From positions 15,872,001-15,936,000 of the forward strand of contig OX597839.1 of assembly GCA_951406725.2 (NCBI GenBank): a stretch of DNA of 64,000 bases, written 5' to 3'. Positions 39,991 to 53,411 of the stretch are shown here, piece by piece. This stretch comes from Octopus vulgaris. Lineage: Eukaryota. Made by a program: the position numbers and the translations under genes. Positions within the stretch are counted from its first letter, which is position 1. Every line of letters begins with the position of its first letter. The notes under the pieces were generated by a model, which saw only the letters and a program-made list of their open reading frames with translations, had not been told where the DNA came from and did not search any database.

Positions 39991-40546
39991 TGGTGGCTGA
40001 CCCCTCATTATCGAGTATGGCCATTGCACGAAGCTTAATCAATGTTGCTATTGTGCAATGCCTGTGCAAGAAGATTTTTTTTAAAGTGAGGAAAGGCTGT
40101 GCACTGAGTCAATCCCACTCACTAAGCAACAGCAGCCATAATCCGAAAAGAAGAACAAGTCAACATCATCAGTAACCACTGAGCCGCAGGTTTTACGTCG
40201 GAGTTATCCCAGTTACCCGAGTTACCTTCTCATAGGAGGATGCCCTATCAAAGTTTAGGAGTCCTTCACTCCCAATGGTTTAACCGCGCGACCGGGTATT
40301 CAGTCCAATTATTTCTATGTCCCCGCGCATGATACAGCCTTAAGACATTTATTGGATGGCTGTTGACTCTCAAAAGTTCCTTCACCCTTTGACTGGTTTT
40401 GTTTTTCATCCAGCAGGGTGTCCAATAAACACCCTCCTCACCAAGCAAGTTTGGTGGGGTTGCCGGTTTAGTCGCCAACAACCCGACCATGCAACAGGTT
40501 GTACTGGGTTACATGTTACCAGTAGCACTCGAAAGTGATCTGACAT
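39991..40546 (-). mobile_element. Probable non-autonomous RTE-related element nested in a CORE-like SINE (39770-40800)
   Basis: Splits the SINE at its internal microsatellite; flanked by (CATA)n; the 5' part resembles RTE 5' UTRs (from recall, not searched). Confidence 0.45.
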
Positions 40547-40578
40547 AACATACATACAGACATACATACATACATACA

Positions 40579-40614
<36 letters not shown>

Positions 40615-40901
40615 TATGCACAGACACACATATATATAATGACTGGCTTCTTTCAGTTTCCATCTACCAAATCCACCCACAAGACTTTGGTCAGCCCGAG
40701 GCTATAGTAGAAGACGCTTGCCCAAGGTGCTACACAATGGGATTGAACTTGGAACCATGTGGTTGAGAAGCAAACTTCTTACAACACCCACACCTGCACC
40801 TCTTTGGCAATACTGAGATGTAAATATCTATCTGTCTATCTGCCTGCCTGTCTGTATGTCTGTCTTTACCTTAGTTCTTGAGTGAACACTCAGTGTGTGT
40901 G

Positions 40902-40959
<58 letters not shown>

Positions 40960-41232
40960 CATGTGGGGGTGGAGGCAGGTCCTCTTTCTCTTCTATGTAA
41001 GTCCTATTCCACAGGTTCTTTCCACGTGGATTGCTTTTCACTTTTTACCAACATAATCTTTTGTTCTGCACACTAGTTGCAGGCATAGCTGTGTGGTTAG
41101 GAAGCTTGCTTCTCATTCACATGGTTTCAGGTTCAGTTCCACCACATGGCAGCTTGGGAAAGTGTCTTCCGCTATAGCTTCAGGCCACCTGAGGCCTTGT
41201 GATTGAATTTGGTAAGCAGAAGTTCTCATCAA

Positions 41233-41648
41233 AGGTGGTGAGCTGGCAGAAACATTAGCAAACTGGGCGAAATGCTTAGCGGTATTTCGTCTGCCGTTAC
41301 ATTCTGAGTTCAAATTCCGCTGAGATCTACTTTGCCTTTCATCCTTTCGGGATCGATTAAATAAGTACCAGTTACGCACTGGGGTCGATATAATCAACTT
41401 AATCCGTTTGTCTGTCCTTGTTTGTCCTCTCTGCATTTAGCCCCTTGTGGGTAGTAAAGAAATAGGTATTTCATCTGCCGTTACATTCTGAGTTTAAATT
41501 CCGCCGAGGTCAACTTTGCCTTTCATCCTTTCGGGGTCGATAAATTAAGTACCAGTTATGCACTAGGTTTGATATAATCGACTTAATTCCTTTGTATGTC
41601 CTTGTTTGTGCTCTCTATGATTAGCCCCTTGTAGGCAATAAAGAAATA
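41233..41648 (+). mobile_element. Meta-like SINE dimer with 14-bp TSD, inside a CORE-like SINE
   Basis: AGAAGTTCTCATCA at 41218-41231 and AGAAGTTCTCGTCA at 41649-41662. Confidence 0.85.
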
Positions 41649-41789
41649 AGAAGTTCTCGTCATGTGGTATGCAAGTGTGTGAAAGTGCTTGTGTCTCCTA
41701 TAACAGATAGGAGGGTATCTATATCCGACTCCCCTATTACATCAATTTGTTCTCTCAGCTAATTCAAGTTCAATTATTCAAGCCATACA

Positions 41790-42145
41790 CATAAAACATT
41801 ACATCTCATACCGAGAACATTTGCTTCAGGTCTTTCCAATCTTTGCACATCCCTTGTATTCGATGCCCATATTTGCCACCTTGTACTAAAGCACTGTGCA
41901 GGCATGCGTCAATCTGTCCTTCACTCAAAGAGATGAATCCCTTTGTTAATAGCAGCGGTAATAGCTGCTTGAACTTTTTTTTTTCCCACTCTATTCTAAC
42001 TATGGCTTTCGTAACACCTGCCTCCACTCCTAATTCTGTAACCTAGGTTACAGAAGCTATCAACTATTTCTAAGGAGCCCTCCGAGCATTCAAAAGAATT
42101 TATTTCATAGGTGCTCTTACTGCAAATTACTTCAGTACATCTGCT
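41790..42145 (-). pseudogene. Decayed RTE RT fragment
   Basis: SLEIVDSFCNLG..SGGRCYES and FKQLLPLLLTKG, homologous to ORF 71-700. Confidence 0.8.
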
Positions 42146-42157
42146 GTAAATGAAGGC

Positions 42158-42801
42158 CTTGCATGTGTCTATATATGTGTGTGTATATGCATATATGCAT
42201 ATGTGTGGGTGTGGGTGTATATATCTACGTACATGTATGTATGCATATATGTGTTTGTGTGTGTGTGCACGCATATGTGTGTTTGTGTTAGTGTATGTGT
42301 TTGCATACATGCATGTGTGTGGGTGTGTATGCATATATGTGCATATATGCATGTATGCAAATATGTGTTTGGGCGTGTGTGCACACATATTTGTTTTTGT
42401 GTTGGTGTGTGTGTGTATGCATATATGAATATATTTGTATGGTGGGTGTGCATATGTGCATGTATGTGTATGTGTGTGTGCATAAGTGTACATGTATTTG
42501 TGTATATGTGTGTGTATGAATATGTGTGTACATGCATGCGTGTATGAATGCCTATATGTTTGTAGATGCATGTGTGTGCATATATGTGTGTGTGTACACA
42601 TATGTGTGTGCTTGTGTTTGAGTGTGTGTGTGCATGCATATGCGTGTGTAGAGGGTACATATGTATTTATGTGCACATATGCATATGCATTAGGGTGTGT
42701 GTGCATGCATATGTTTGTATATGTGTTTGTGTGTATGTGTGTGTATGCATATATGTGTCTGGGTATGGGTGTGTGTATATATGCATGTTTGTGCTTGGGT
42801 G

Positions 42802-42838
<37 letters not shown>

Positions 42839-43175
42839 ATACACATATGTATGCTTGTGTGAGGGTGTGCAAATGTGTGTGTATGTGCACTTGTGCAAGT
42901 ATGCATATATATGTCCGTGAGTGCAAATGTGGGTCTGCGTTCATGTGCAAATGTATGCATATATACATATGTGTGTTGGTGGGTGTGCATACATGTGTAT
43001 ACTTGCATATTTGCTTGTGTGCAGGTATGTGTACGTATATATATATATATATACATATATGTGGGGGTGGTGCATATATATATGTGTTTGTGTGTGTGTT
43101 TGCATTTATGCATATGAGCATGTGTGTGTGTGCGCATGTGTGTGTGTGTATGTGTGTGTGTGTGTGTGTGTTTAT
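42158..43175. repeat. ~1-kb cryptic purine-pyrimidine alternating tract (TG/TA/CA mosaic)
   Basis: Direct reading. Confidence 0.9.
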
Positions 43176-44384
43176 GGAGTGCTGGTAGAGAGATCAGAAT
43201 GATGGTGGAAAAATAATCAATATGTTTATCTAATTGTGTTATGGTGTGTGAAGAGAGATGGAGCGAAGGAGGGAGAGAGAGAGAGAGAAAGATGGAGAAA
43301 GAGAAAGAGATGGTAGGGGGGATAAAGAGTGTTTATGTGTGGGTGGTTGCATGTGTATATGTGCATATGAGTGAATGAGAGAGAGAGAGAAGGAGAGGGA
43401 GATGGTGGAGAAGGAGTGTGTGTATGTTTGGTTGTATGTGTATATATATATATGTGTGTATGAGTTAGAAAAAGAGAGAGAGGAGGAGGAAGATTGTAGG
43501 CAAGGAGTGTATGCATGTGTACATATGACTGAGGTAAAGAGGAGAAGGTGTGTGTGTGTGTGTGTGTGTGTGAGCGCACGTGTGTTTGTGTGTTCATGGT
43601 TGTGTGTATGTGTGCATGTCAGTGAGAAAATGTGAGAGAGAGAGAGAGAGATGGGAAGAGAGAAAAGGGGGAGAGATGGTAGAGGTGGAGAGCATGTGTA
43701 TGTTTGGTCGTGTGTGAGTGATTGAGAGAGAGAGGGAGAGAGAGAAGCTGTGATCACTCTACTGCTACAACAATTTATTAAGCAAATACCATCACTGATA
43801 TTCATTACCACCACCACCACCACCACCACTATTAGTACTACTACTACTACTGCTACTACTACTGTTACTACTAACACTACCACCACCATCATCACTATAA
43901 CCAGTACTACCGCCGCTATCACCATAACTGCTACCCCCTACACCTTCACCACCACCACCACCACTACTATTGCTGCTGCTACTGCTACAAATAATAATAA
44001 TGACGATGATAGTGGCGTGTGTGGTGGTGGTGGTGGTAGTGGTGGTGGAATCCCCCATCAAAGACTCCATGTGAGTGTTCAGTTTTGGTTGAATGACCAG
44101 AACAAAAGGGTTGTTTATAGTGATGAAATGTTTGTGCGGTACCTTAGGTCATTCCTTCCATCAGATCAATGTCTCCGGGACAGGTGCACAACATACCACA
44201 TGTCAGGTGTCAAAGTGATCACAGACCAACATGAAAGGAAGTGTTTTGCTGAAGAACTCAACATGCTGCTTGGTCCAGGAATCGAACCTACAATCCAGCA
44301 ATCATGAGTGCAACACCCTGACCACTTGGCCACACACCTTCACTAATAACAATAATTATAATAATAATAATAATAATGATGATG

Positions 44385-44445
<61 letters not shown>

Positions 44446-44565
44446 TGATAATCCTTTTTACTATAGGCACAAGGCCTGAAATTTGTGGTAGGGTGGGTGG
44501 GGGTAACTAGTCGATTACATCAACCCCAGTATTTCACTGGTACTCAATTTATATGAGGCAATTGA

Positions 44566-44599
<34 letters not shown>

Positions 44600-44603
<4 letters not shown>

Positions 44604-45075
44604 TCATCATCATCATCATCATCATCGTTTAGCATCCGTTTGCCATGCTAGCATGAGTTGGACGGTTCTACTGGGGTCTGTGAAGCCAGAAGGCTTCATC
44701 AGGCCCTGTCAAATCTGGCAGTGTTTCTACGGCTGGATGCCCTTCCTAACGCCAACCACTCCATGAGTGTAGTGGGTGCTTTTTACGTGCCACCCGCACA
44801 GGTGCCAGACAGAGCTGGCAAACAGCCACGAACGGATGGTGCTTTTTATGTGCCACCGGCACGGGGGTCAGGCGAGGCTGGCAACGGACACGAATGGATG
44901 GTGCTTTTTACGTGCCACCGGCACGAAGCCAGTTGGGGCGGCGCTGGTAACGATCGCGAAACGGAAGGTTCTCTTACATGCCACCGGCACTGGTAACACA
45001 TCTGCAATTTCCATTGATCGATTTCGATTCTGATCCTCACTTGCCTCAACAGGTCTTCACAAGTAGAGTTTTGTG
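44600..45075 (-). mobile_element. RTE 3' UTR with four pseudoknot repeats and tail
   Basis: Close reverse-complement match to 770-1230. Confidence 0.85.
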
Positions 45076-46289
45076 TCCCAAGAAGAGTCCAAATTTACAG
45101 AAAACAAAAATGAAGAGAGGTGAAGGAATAACAAGCAGGTTTATCAGTTTGATGCTCGGAAACGATGGAAAAGTTTTTGACGTTTGAAGCCTATGCTCTT
45201 CAACAGAAAGGATTGAGAGGGAAAATAACAGAGAGAGAAACAAATGTGTCGCGAATAACAGCTAAACATGATATAAATATATAAGACAAGGTATAAATTA
45301 TGGTCGTTACAAATTTTTCTTTGTGGCAGTAAATTTGAGTTACATCTGTCTCCTGAATTTGTTATAGGTTTGGTATTGATAGCTTTACTCAATCAGTCCA
45401 TTCATTGATTGGGAAGAATTGAACGACCTATAAAATTACTGCTATTTTAGTCAGGGTCATTTCTGGTTATAACAGAGCAAAACACTGAAGGAATGGTAAA
45501 GGCAAGGAAGGGGAGTGAAGTGAGGCAATAAGAGGGATTCTTTGTCTTGCAAGTTAATTGGTGACCTCACGTGAAAAGCCCCCAGTACACTCTGTAAAAC
45601 GATTGGCATTGGGAAAGGCATTCAACTGTAGAAACCACGTCAAAGCAGACATTGGAACTTAATGCAGCCATGTGGTTCACCAGATCCTGTTAAACCATCC
45701 GACCCATGCCAGCATGGAAAACAGATGTTAAATGGTGATGATGATGATGATGATTATGATGAAGATGATGATGATGATCATCATCATCATCGTCGTCGTC
45801 ATTGTCGTCGTCGTCTTCATTATCATCATCATCATCATCATCATCGTCGTCATCATCATTATAATAATAATAATAATAATATACACACACATACATACAA
45901 CTTTTATTGATAAATCTGTTAATATCTTCACAGAAAGGTTGTTTCAATCCAGTCATGTACCAATTACAAATGGCATGACAGACACATTCCTAACTACCGT
46001 AATGTCTTTAATACCATGGCAGTTTAATTCCTTTGCATTTCACTTCACTTCTCCACAATATTACAGACAGTTGGCATTGCTATGTTAACAATTATTAAAA
46101 TGTTATTGTTATATCTGACATGGATAATGATGTCAGGCTCATTATGTGTTTATCTGCTGGTCTTATTATTGGACTTGTGTCAATTAAGTCAATTACATCC
46201 TTCCTTCAAAATTTGTGTTTTTGTGTGGCAGAGATCTGGCAGAGTTGTTAGAGCAGTGGAAAAATACTTTGCAATATAGCTTTGAGCCC

Positions 46290-47165
46290 TTGGGTGGTGA
46301 GCTGGAAGAATCGTTAGCACGTCGGGCAAAATGCTTAGCAGTATTTCATCTGTCTTTACGTTCTGAGTTCAAATTCCACCAGGGTTGACTTTGCCTTTCA
46401 TCCTTTCAGGGTTGATAAATTAAGTACCAGTTACGCACTGGAGTCGATGTAATCGACTTAATCCCTTTGTTTGTCCTTGTTAGTCCCCTCTATGTTGAGC
46501 CCCTTGTGGGTAGTAAAGAAATATGTATTTCATCTGTCTTTATGTTCTGCCTTTTTATTTTGCCAAGGTTGATTTTGTCTTTCATCCTTCCAGGGTTGAT
46601 AAATACCAACTGAATACTGGGGTCACTGTATTCAACTTACCCGCTACCCTGAAATTGTGTCAAAATTTGAAGCCAGTGTTTCTTCCAGCCCTAAGGCAGT
46701 GAACTGACAGGATTGTTAGCACTCCGGCTGAAATGTTTAGCAGCATTTCGTCTGTCTTGATGTTCTGAGTTCAAATTCCACCTCGGTCAACTTTTTCTTT
46801 CATCCTTTCAGGGCCAATAAAATAAGTACCAGTTGAACACTAGTGGGTGAGGTAATTGACTTACCCCTCTCCTGAAATTGCCGGTCTTGTGCCAAAATTT
46901 GGAACCAAAATTTCTTCCAGCCCTTTCTGCTTTGAGTTCAAATCCTGCTGAAGTCAACATTGCTTTCGTCCTTCCAGGGTCATGCAGGAGTTGATGGTTT
47001 TGAGTTACCACTTTCCCTGAAAAACTGCTGGCTTTAAACCTGAAATAGAAATCATTATTAAAAGTTGTGAGCTTGTAGGATCCTTGGAGCATTGGAACAA
47101 CACCTTGTGGAATCTCATTTGACTCTTTTTTTGTTCAGAGTTCAAATCCTACCAAAGTCCTTTTG
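46290..47165 (+). mobile_element. Cluster of Meta-like SINEs of different ages
   Basis: Repeated GAGTTCAAAT B box and GCCTTTCATCCTTTC core. Confidence 0.75.
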
Positions 47166-47367
47166 GGGCCAATAGGATAAAGAACAAGAATAGTGCTGCA
47201 GTTGATGATGGTAATGGTGGTTACAGTTGTAATGGTTGTAGTAGAAGTGGTAGTGATACAAGACAGAGGTTGCAGTAGTAGTAGTAGTAGTGATGGTGGT
47301 GGTGGTGGTGGTGGGGGCGGTAGCAGCAGCGATAATAGTGCTTCTGTTGTAGTCTTGGTAGTAGTAA

Positions 47368-47457
<90 letters not shown>

Positions 47458-48638
47458 GCCAAGTCTCAGTCAAGAGTTAAGACAGGGTAAGTGCTCAATC
47501 ATTTAACTTAATTAAGACTCCAGTAATTAAAAAAAAGGATACAGTTCATTAACAATCCCCCAGTAACAGTGATGGCGGAACATGTTGTAGTGGTGGTGGT
47601 GGTGGTGGTGGTGGTGGGCAGCTAATGGTAGTGATGGTGGTGCATATGTTGTCGTTTATCTCCCGGTCAACCTTGATTGAAGGCACTCTTTCTGTGATCA
47701 TCCCATCCTTTTCCTGGCCATGATGATGATGATGATGATGGCAACAATGACAATGATGATGACAATGACACTGAGCATGATGATGATGATGATTACGAGG
47801 GTGATAATGATAGGAGTGTTCATTATGATGGTGGTGATGGTGATGATGACAATGGTAATGATGACAGTTATAATGATAAAGCTGATGATGATGATATTAC
47901 CAACAATGGTGTTGATAATGATGGTGGTGGTGGTGGTGGTGATGATGATGATGATGATGGTGATCTTGGTGGTGGTGGCAGAGGTGTTAATGGAGGTTAG
48001 TGGAATTGGTGGTGTTGGCGGAGTTGATGGTGCTGGTGGAAGTGGTGTCTGGTTGTTATGATTTACAGCGTTTAGTAGCAAAAGACTTAAGTAGCTAATT
48101 CTCAACATACCACTGAAGTGAAGAATGAGGAAGCCATTATTATTATTATTATTATTATTATTAATATTTTTGTGTGTGCGTTCTTTTGACTGGGTCCCCA
48201 ACTCCGACTCCATAAAGTATTTGTCATAATCTTAAATAAATAGAAGACCAAAAGTGGTCGGGTTCTTTTATGTTGGTTGCCACACAGGGAATCTGCAGAA
48301 ATATGACAGGAAATGAATAATATTCAGACTAATTTGTCCCCTTTTCAGAATGGGGTATCTATGTTGTTTTATAAAACACAAGCTTAATTACTGATAATAA
48401 TTATTAGGTCACAATGTGTGAATTTTCTTTCTTTTATTTTTCTCTTTTGTGTTCATTTTTTTATTAATTAGTTAGAGGGTGAAAGACTGACAGTGTTACT
48501 GGAACATTGAAGAAAAAACGCTTAATGCTTAGCAGCATCTGTTCACTCTCTTGACAGTCAGTATTTAAATGCTGCTAAGAGCAAACTTTGTCTTTCATCC
48601 TTTTGGGGCACTGGCCAAGTATTGAAGTTGATTTAAAT

Positions 48639-49236
48639 CAGGGTTTCTTAACCCTTTTTTTATGTATGGACCCCTTTGATTACTATTTTACTCTGGTGGA
48701 CACCCATCGCCATTCAATGTTTAAAAATTAGTTTTATAGAAACTTCTTTAGAATTTCCTATTTTGTTTGTCACCCATCAACTTGTGTAGGTCGAACTATG
48801 TAAAACATTAAAGAGAGAAACCTAGCTGTTTCTTGCAATACATATCAATAAAAACATATTCCTTCTCGAGCCATGCCAAGCTCATAAGGGCAGGCTTCCC
48901 AGTTTCAGTGGCGTAGAAATTCCCCACCTGGAGGGGACACCGGTCCGTCGCAGGATTACTCATTTTTACCAGCTGAGTGGACTGGAGCAACGTGAAATGA
49001 AGTGTTTTGCTCAAGAACACAACGCATCACCCCAGTCCAGGAATCAAAACCACAACCTTGCGATCATGAGTTCAACAACCTAACCACTAAGCCACGCGCC
49101 TCCACTATACATACCAATACAAACATCGAAAGCATAATTTCTTCTAGGGCCCTTAAGATACTATTGTAGACCTCCAATTTGTTAAAATCTTAAATGGAGC
49201 CTCAGGGGCCATACGGACCACGGTCAAGAACAACTG
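48639..49236. mobile_element. hAT-type MITE with nested SINE (48860-49105, minus)
   Basis: TIRs CAGGGTTTCTTAACC / GGTCAAGAACAACTG; 8-bp TSD ATTTAAAT/ATTTAAGT. Confidence 0.8.
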
Positions 49237-49689
49237 ATTTAAGTGATTAACCTCCTGATCTGGAATTTGTGACTTCGAGACCCTATGTTGAAAACAATCA
49301 ATTAGAAAAGGAGAAACAGTAGTCAGTTTTATATACTGCTGAGTAAAGGAATGTACATGTAAGGGACCCTACATTTATAGCTTCTGTATGCATAGTTAAA
49401 ATAGAGCCCTCTAGACAATGTAGTGTCACTGAGACACTAATTAGTATGTGTGTGCCTTAACCCCTTTAGCATTTAAACCAGCCACATGTGGGTCAGATAT
49501 TCTATTTTATGCTAAAACTGGTCAGATCCAGCCTCTCGTGCTAACCCTACAATGTCATTCTAATAAACAGATGCAGACGTGGCTGTATGGTAAGAAGCTT
49601 GCTTCCCAATCACATGGTTCCGAATTCAGTCCCACTGCATGGCACCTTGGGTAAGTGTCTTCTACTATAGCCTCTGGTACCTTCAGCAT

Positions 49690-50157
49690 ATTCAAAGTAC
49701 CTTGGATCGTAGGACAACCTGCTGTGCTTACCTCAGATCAGATAGTGACCTGCTGTGCTTGAGGAGACCTATCGAGTCAAGTACATCAACATCAGCATCA
49801 AAATAAAAATCAAATGGAAATTATAGTTGTGATACCCGTGCCAGTGGCATGTAAAAAGCACCATCCAAATGTGGCCGATGCTAGCGCCGCCTTGACTGGC
49901 TTCCGTGCTGGTGGCATGTAAAATTCACCAACCAATTGTGGATGGTGCCAGCCTCCTCTGGCCCATGTGCCGGTGGCACATAAAAAGCACCCACTACACT
50001 CCCAGAGTGGTTGGTGTTAGGAAGGGTATCCAGCTGTAGAAACACTGCCAGATCAGACTGAAGCTGGTGCAGCCTCCTGGTTCTCAGACCCTGGTCAAAC
50101 CGTCCAACCCATGCTAGCATAGAAAACGGACGTTAACTGATGATGATGATGATGATG
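49690..50157 (+). mobile_element. RTE 3' end with three pseudoknot repeats and (GAT)n tail
   Basis: Matches 12460-12872. Confidence 0.8.
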
Positions 50158-51207
50158 AAAGTATTGGTCAATCCAAAGTTATGATAGAAAACACTTGCCC
50201 AAGGTGCTGCCATGCAGTGAGAAGGAACCTGGAACTACAAGTTTTTGATGCAAACTTCTTAAGCACACAACCACACGTGTGACCTCTTATTATCCACGTT
50301 CCCAGTAAAATTAATCCTTCTTGTCCCCCACCCACGTCCCCTGCTACCAAGAGTCTGAAAGTCAGTAACGTAGGAGCAAAAACAGGGTGGAGTTTCATTT
50401 TATTTTTTTCCCCCTCCAGCAAAATATGTAAAGGAGAGATGTCAACAATTGCTACCAATCAATGTTAGACTAACGAGGAATTTAATTACACAAGTGAAAT
50501 GTTGATGTTGGTATGTGTGATTGAGGTCAAACAATGTCATCAGATTAAAAAAAAAAGTTTTATATTTCTGGCCCTGAGATAAGAATTACCCACCTTCCTA
50601 CCAAAATCAGATGATTTGAAACACTAGATGAATTAAAATACATATGATATGTGTAAAATAGGCTAATTGCAGAGCCGGGGTGTCAAAGATTACTGATTTT
50701 CATCGGGTGATAGAGGTCAGGGTTTACTACCCAAATAACCATCAGTTCACATCCAGCATTATCTCACTACCAGGACAAAAACTCTTTCCTCTGGCCCCAT
50801 GGCCGAGAAATAACCTCCATAGGCCCAATTTAGAAATATGTCTCTGAAGTTAATTACTCAGGCATACCAAATGTATTAAAATAATAATAGTTAAATTAGT
50901 GTTAACATGTTTAAGGCAGTGAGCAATTAATAGCTAATTAAAATATTTATGTACTAAGGAAAATACATTAACTTAAAAAATGATATTGTTTCATTTATTT
51001 CATCAAATATGCAGAATAACTCAAGACATGTTTCATCTTATTAGACCTCTTCAACAAAGAACTGACTACACTGTACTTGATAAAGTAGTGATGAGAGAAT
51101 CAGTAATGTAGTTATAAAATATTGTATACAAGTAGATATGAAAACTTTGCATATTTAAAGAAATAAATTACCAAGAGGTACCGTCCCCAGAAATAATAGT
51201 TAAGTTA

Positions 51208-51566
51208 GTGTTGGATGGAACTTACACTCGCCTCCTTATGAGAGCTCAAAATCTCTTGTGGAAGCATCATCCAACCAGAGTACAAATAAATGGGAAATTA
51301 CCACCTGTATCATCTCTTGTGAAAGGTAGAAGAGTCCAGTTTGCTGGACATTGTTGTAGAGCTGAAAAAGAGGTAATTTCTACTCTTCTCCTCTTGAAGC
51401 CATCTGCTCGCGATACCAGAGGACGCACACTCTCCTACCCTGAAGTAATATCCAGGGATACAGGCATCCAGCAACAGGACCTCCGTAATGCTATGATGGA
51501 CCGTGAAGTTTGGCGTAACATAGTAAATTCCATTGTCTCGACCACGGTCGAACAAGGATGATGATG
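51208..51566 (+). mobile_element. 3' end of a second RTE-clade LINE family
   Basis: LDGTYTRLL..RRVQFAGHCCR..MMDREVWR, then (GAT)n directly at the stop codon. Confidence 0.8.
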
Positions 51567-51606
51567 TGTTAACATATTTAATGTGGAGAGCATTAAGCAT
51601 TTAAAC

Positions 51607-51859
51607 CAGTGGTTCTCAACAAGGGTCCATATGGCCCTTGGGGGTCAATGTAAGATTTTATTGTTAAAATCTGCAATAAATTGATTATACTTCCACAATA
51701 CACAAGATATTTTAATAATTTTTTTAAATATAATTCCTAATAATATTTAATTATGAAAATGTAATAGGACTTTTAAAATCTTCAACTGGCTATGAGGGTC
51801 CTCTCGAGTAAAATAGGAATCAAAGGAATCTACAGGCAAAAAGGGGTTGAGAACCACTG
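51607..51859. mobile_element. hAT-type MITE
   Basis: Perfect TIRs CAGTGGTTCTCAAC / GTTGAGAACCACTG; TSD degenerate. Confidence 0.82.
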
Positions 51860-52024
51860 ATCCAAATAGAGAAACTTGTACTCTAACAAACTTATACACT
51901 GACTTTCCCTCACTATATTAATTTTTAGAATTAGAATTTTTTATGTTCTCATCATTAAATGTGAGGTAATTAATTAGCAGAGTTATTAAAATGTCAGTGA
52001 AAAAATGTTGAATAACATGTGGTT

Positions 52025-52423
52025 CTTTTCTACTCTAGGCAGACAGCCCAAAATTTTGGGGGAGGGGGACAGTCAATTATATCGACCCCAGTATGCAACT
52101 GGTAATTAATTTATTGACCCCCAGAAGAATGAAAGGCAAAGTCGACCTTGGCGGAATTTGAACTCAGAATGTAAAGACAGACAAAATACCTATTTCTTTA
52201 TTACCCACAAGGGGCTAAACATAGAGGGGACAAACAAGGACAGACATAGGTATTAAGTCAATTACGTCGATCCCAGTGCGTAACTGGTACTTACTTTATC
52301 AACCCCGAAAAAGATGAAAGGCAAAGCCAACCTTGGCGGAATTTGAACTCACAACGTAACGGCAGACGAAATACCGCTAAGCATTTCACCGGCGTGCTAA
52401 CGTTTCTGCCAGCTCACCACCTT
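52025..52423 (-). mobile_element. Meta-like SINE heterodimer (two different tails)
   Basis: Junction AAAATACC|TATTTCTTT at ~52190. Confidence 0.8.
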
Positions 52424-53042
52424 GGTGGCATGGTAGCAAAGGTGCAGAGTCATTACTGTACTGGACAACATAGTTCCCAGGGAGATTCAGTGTGACACGG
52501 AATGTGACAAGGCTAGTCCTATCAGTTACAAGTACAACTCTTTTTGTTTTCTTTTTTGCCAGCTGATTAGACTGCGGCAATGAGAAATAAAGTGTCTTGC
52601 TCAAGGACACAATGCACTGCCAAAAATCGAACTCAATATCAAATATACAAACGTAATTATAATAATGTAATGTACATAATAATATTAATGTTGTAGCAGA
52701 AGAATGGTCACCAGCTTGGCTCTTTACCTTTAGATACCCACATTTTGGCTCATCACATGATGGTCAAGTCCTAGCTTTACACAGGCTGTCCACCCCATCA
52801 CATGACAGACTAGCTAAGTGTGCTACCCTTAGCTACAGAGGGAAGTTTTTCCCACTAATTCCTCAGTGAGGTGGATTGCACGATGGACTTTGGATCTTCA
52901 GCATAGAGCAAGTTTTATTCCACTATGCATTACCAGTGAGAAGAGAATTGTCAGCAGAGATTTTTGTCGCCATGCTTTGTGTTTTTTCCACACACGTCTA
53001 CAAATTCAATCTGCACAAGGAACCATTGTATTTTTATTAACA

Positions 53043-53253
53043 GAATTATTCATTATTTACATTATTTACACTTGACAGATATTTGTCCTCATCTTGTTTG
53101 TTGTTAACACACCATTTCAGCTGATGTATCCTCCAGCCTTCATCGGGTGCCTCGGGGAAATTTCGAAGCTGGGTTCTCATTCCTAAGGTCTTTTTCGATG
53201 TTGTTGTCATTATTATTATTATTATTATTATAATTATTATTATTATTATTATA

Positions 53254-53296
<43 letters not shown>

Positions 53297-53411
53297 TCAC
53301 TGCCTGGAATCGAACTCGGAATCTTGGGGTTAGTAGCCCGCGCTCTCAACCACTATGCCATATGCCCATGGGCATATATAAATAATGTAAATAATGCACA
53401 TAATTCCTCTC
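53043..53411 (-). mobile_element. Composite element: tRNA-derived head + (AAT)n + Penelope-type hammerhead tail, with inverted end
   Basis: A box TGGCATAGTGG and B box GAGTTCGATTCC (53293-53367); degenerate hammerhead at 53105-53151; inverted copy of the 3' end at 53378-53406. Confidence 0.65.

Noticed and set aside
41996-43202. Long HT/CV-rich ORFs up to 300 aa
   Set aside because: Dinucleotide low complexity lacking stop codons.
53293-53367. Functional tRNA gene
   Set aside because: The acceptor and T stems pair poorly and the sequence runs into (AAT)n; it is a SINE head. The same applies to the other SINE heads.
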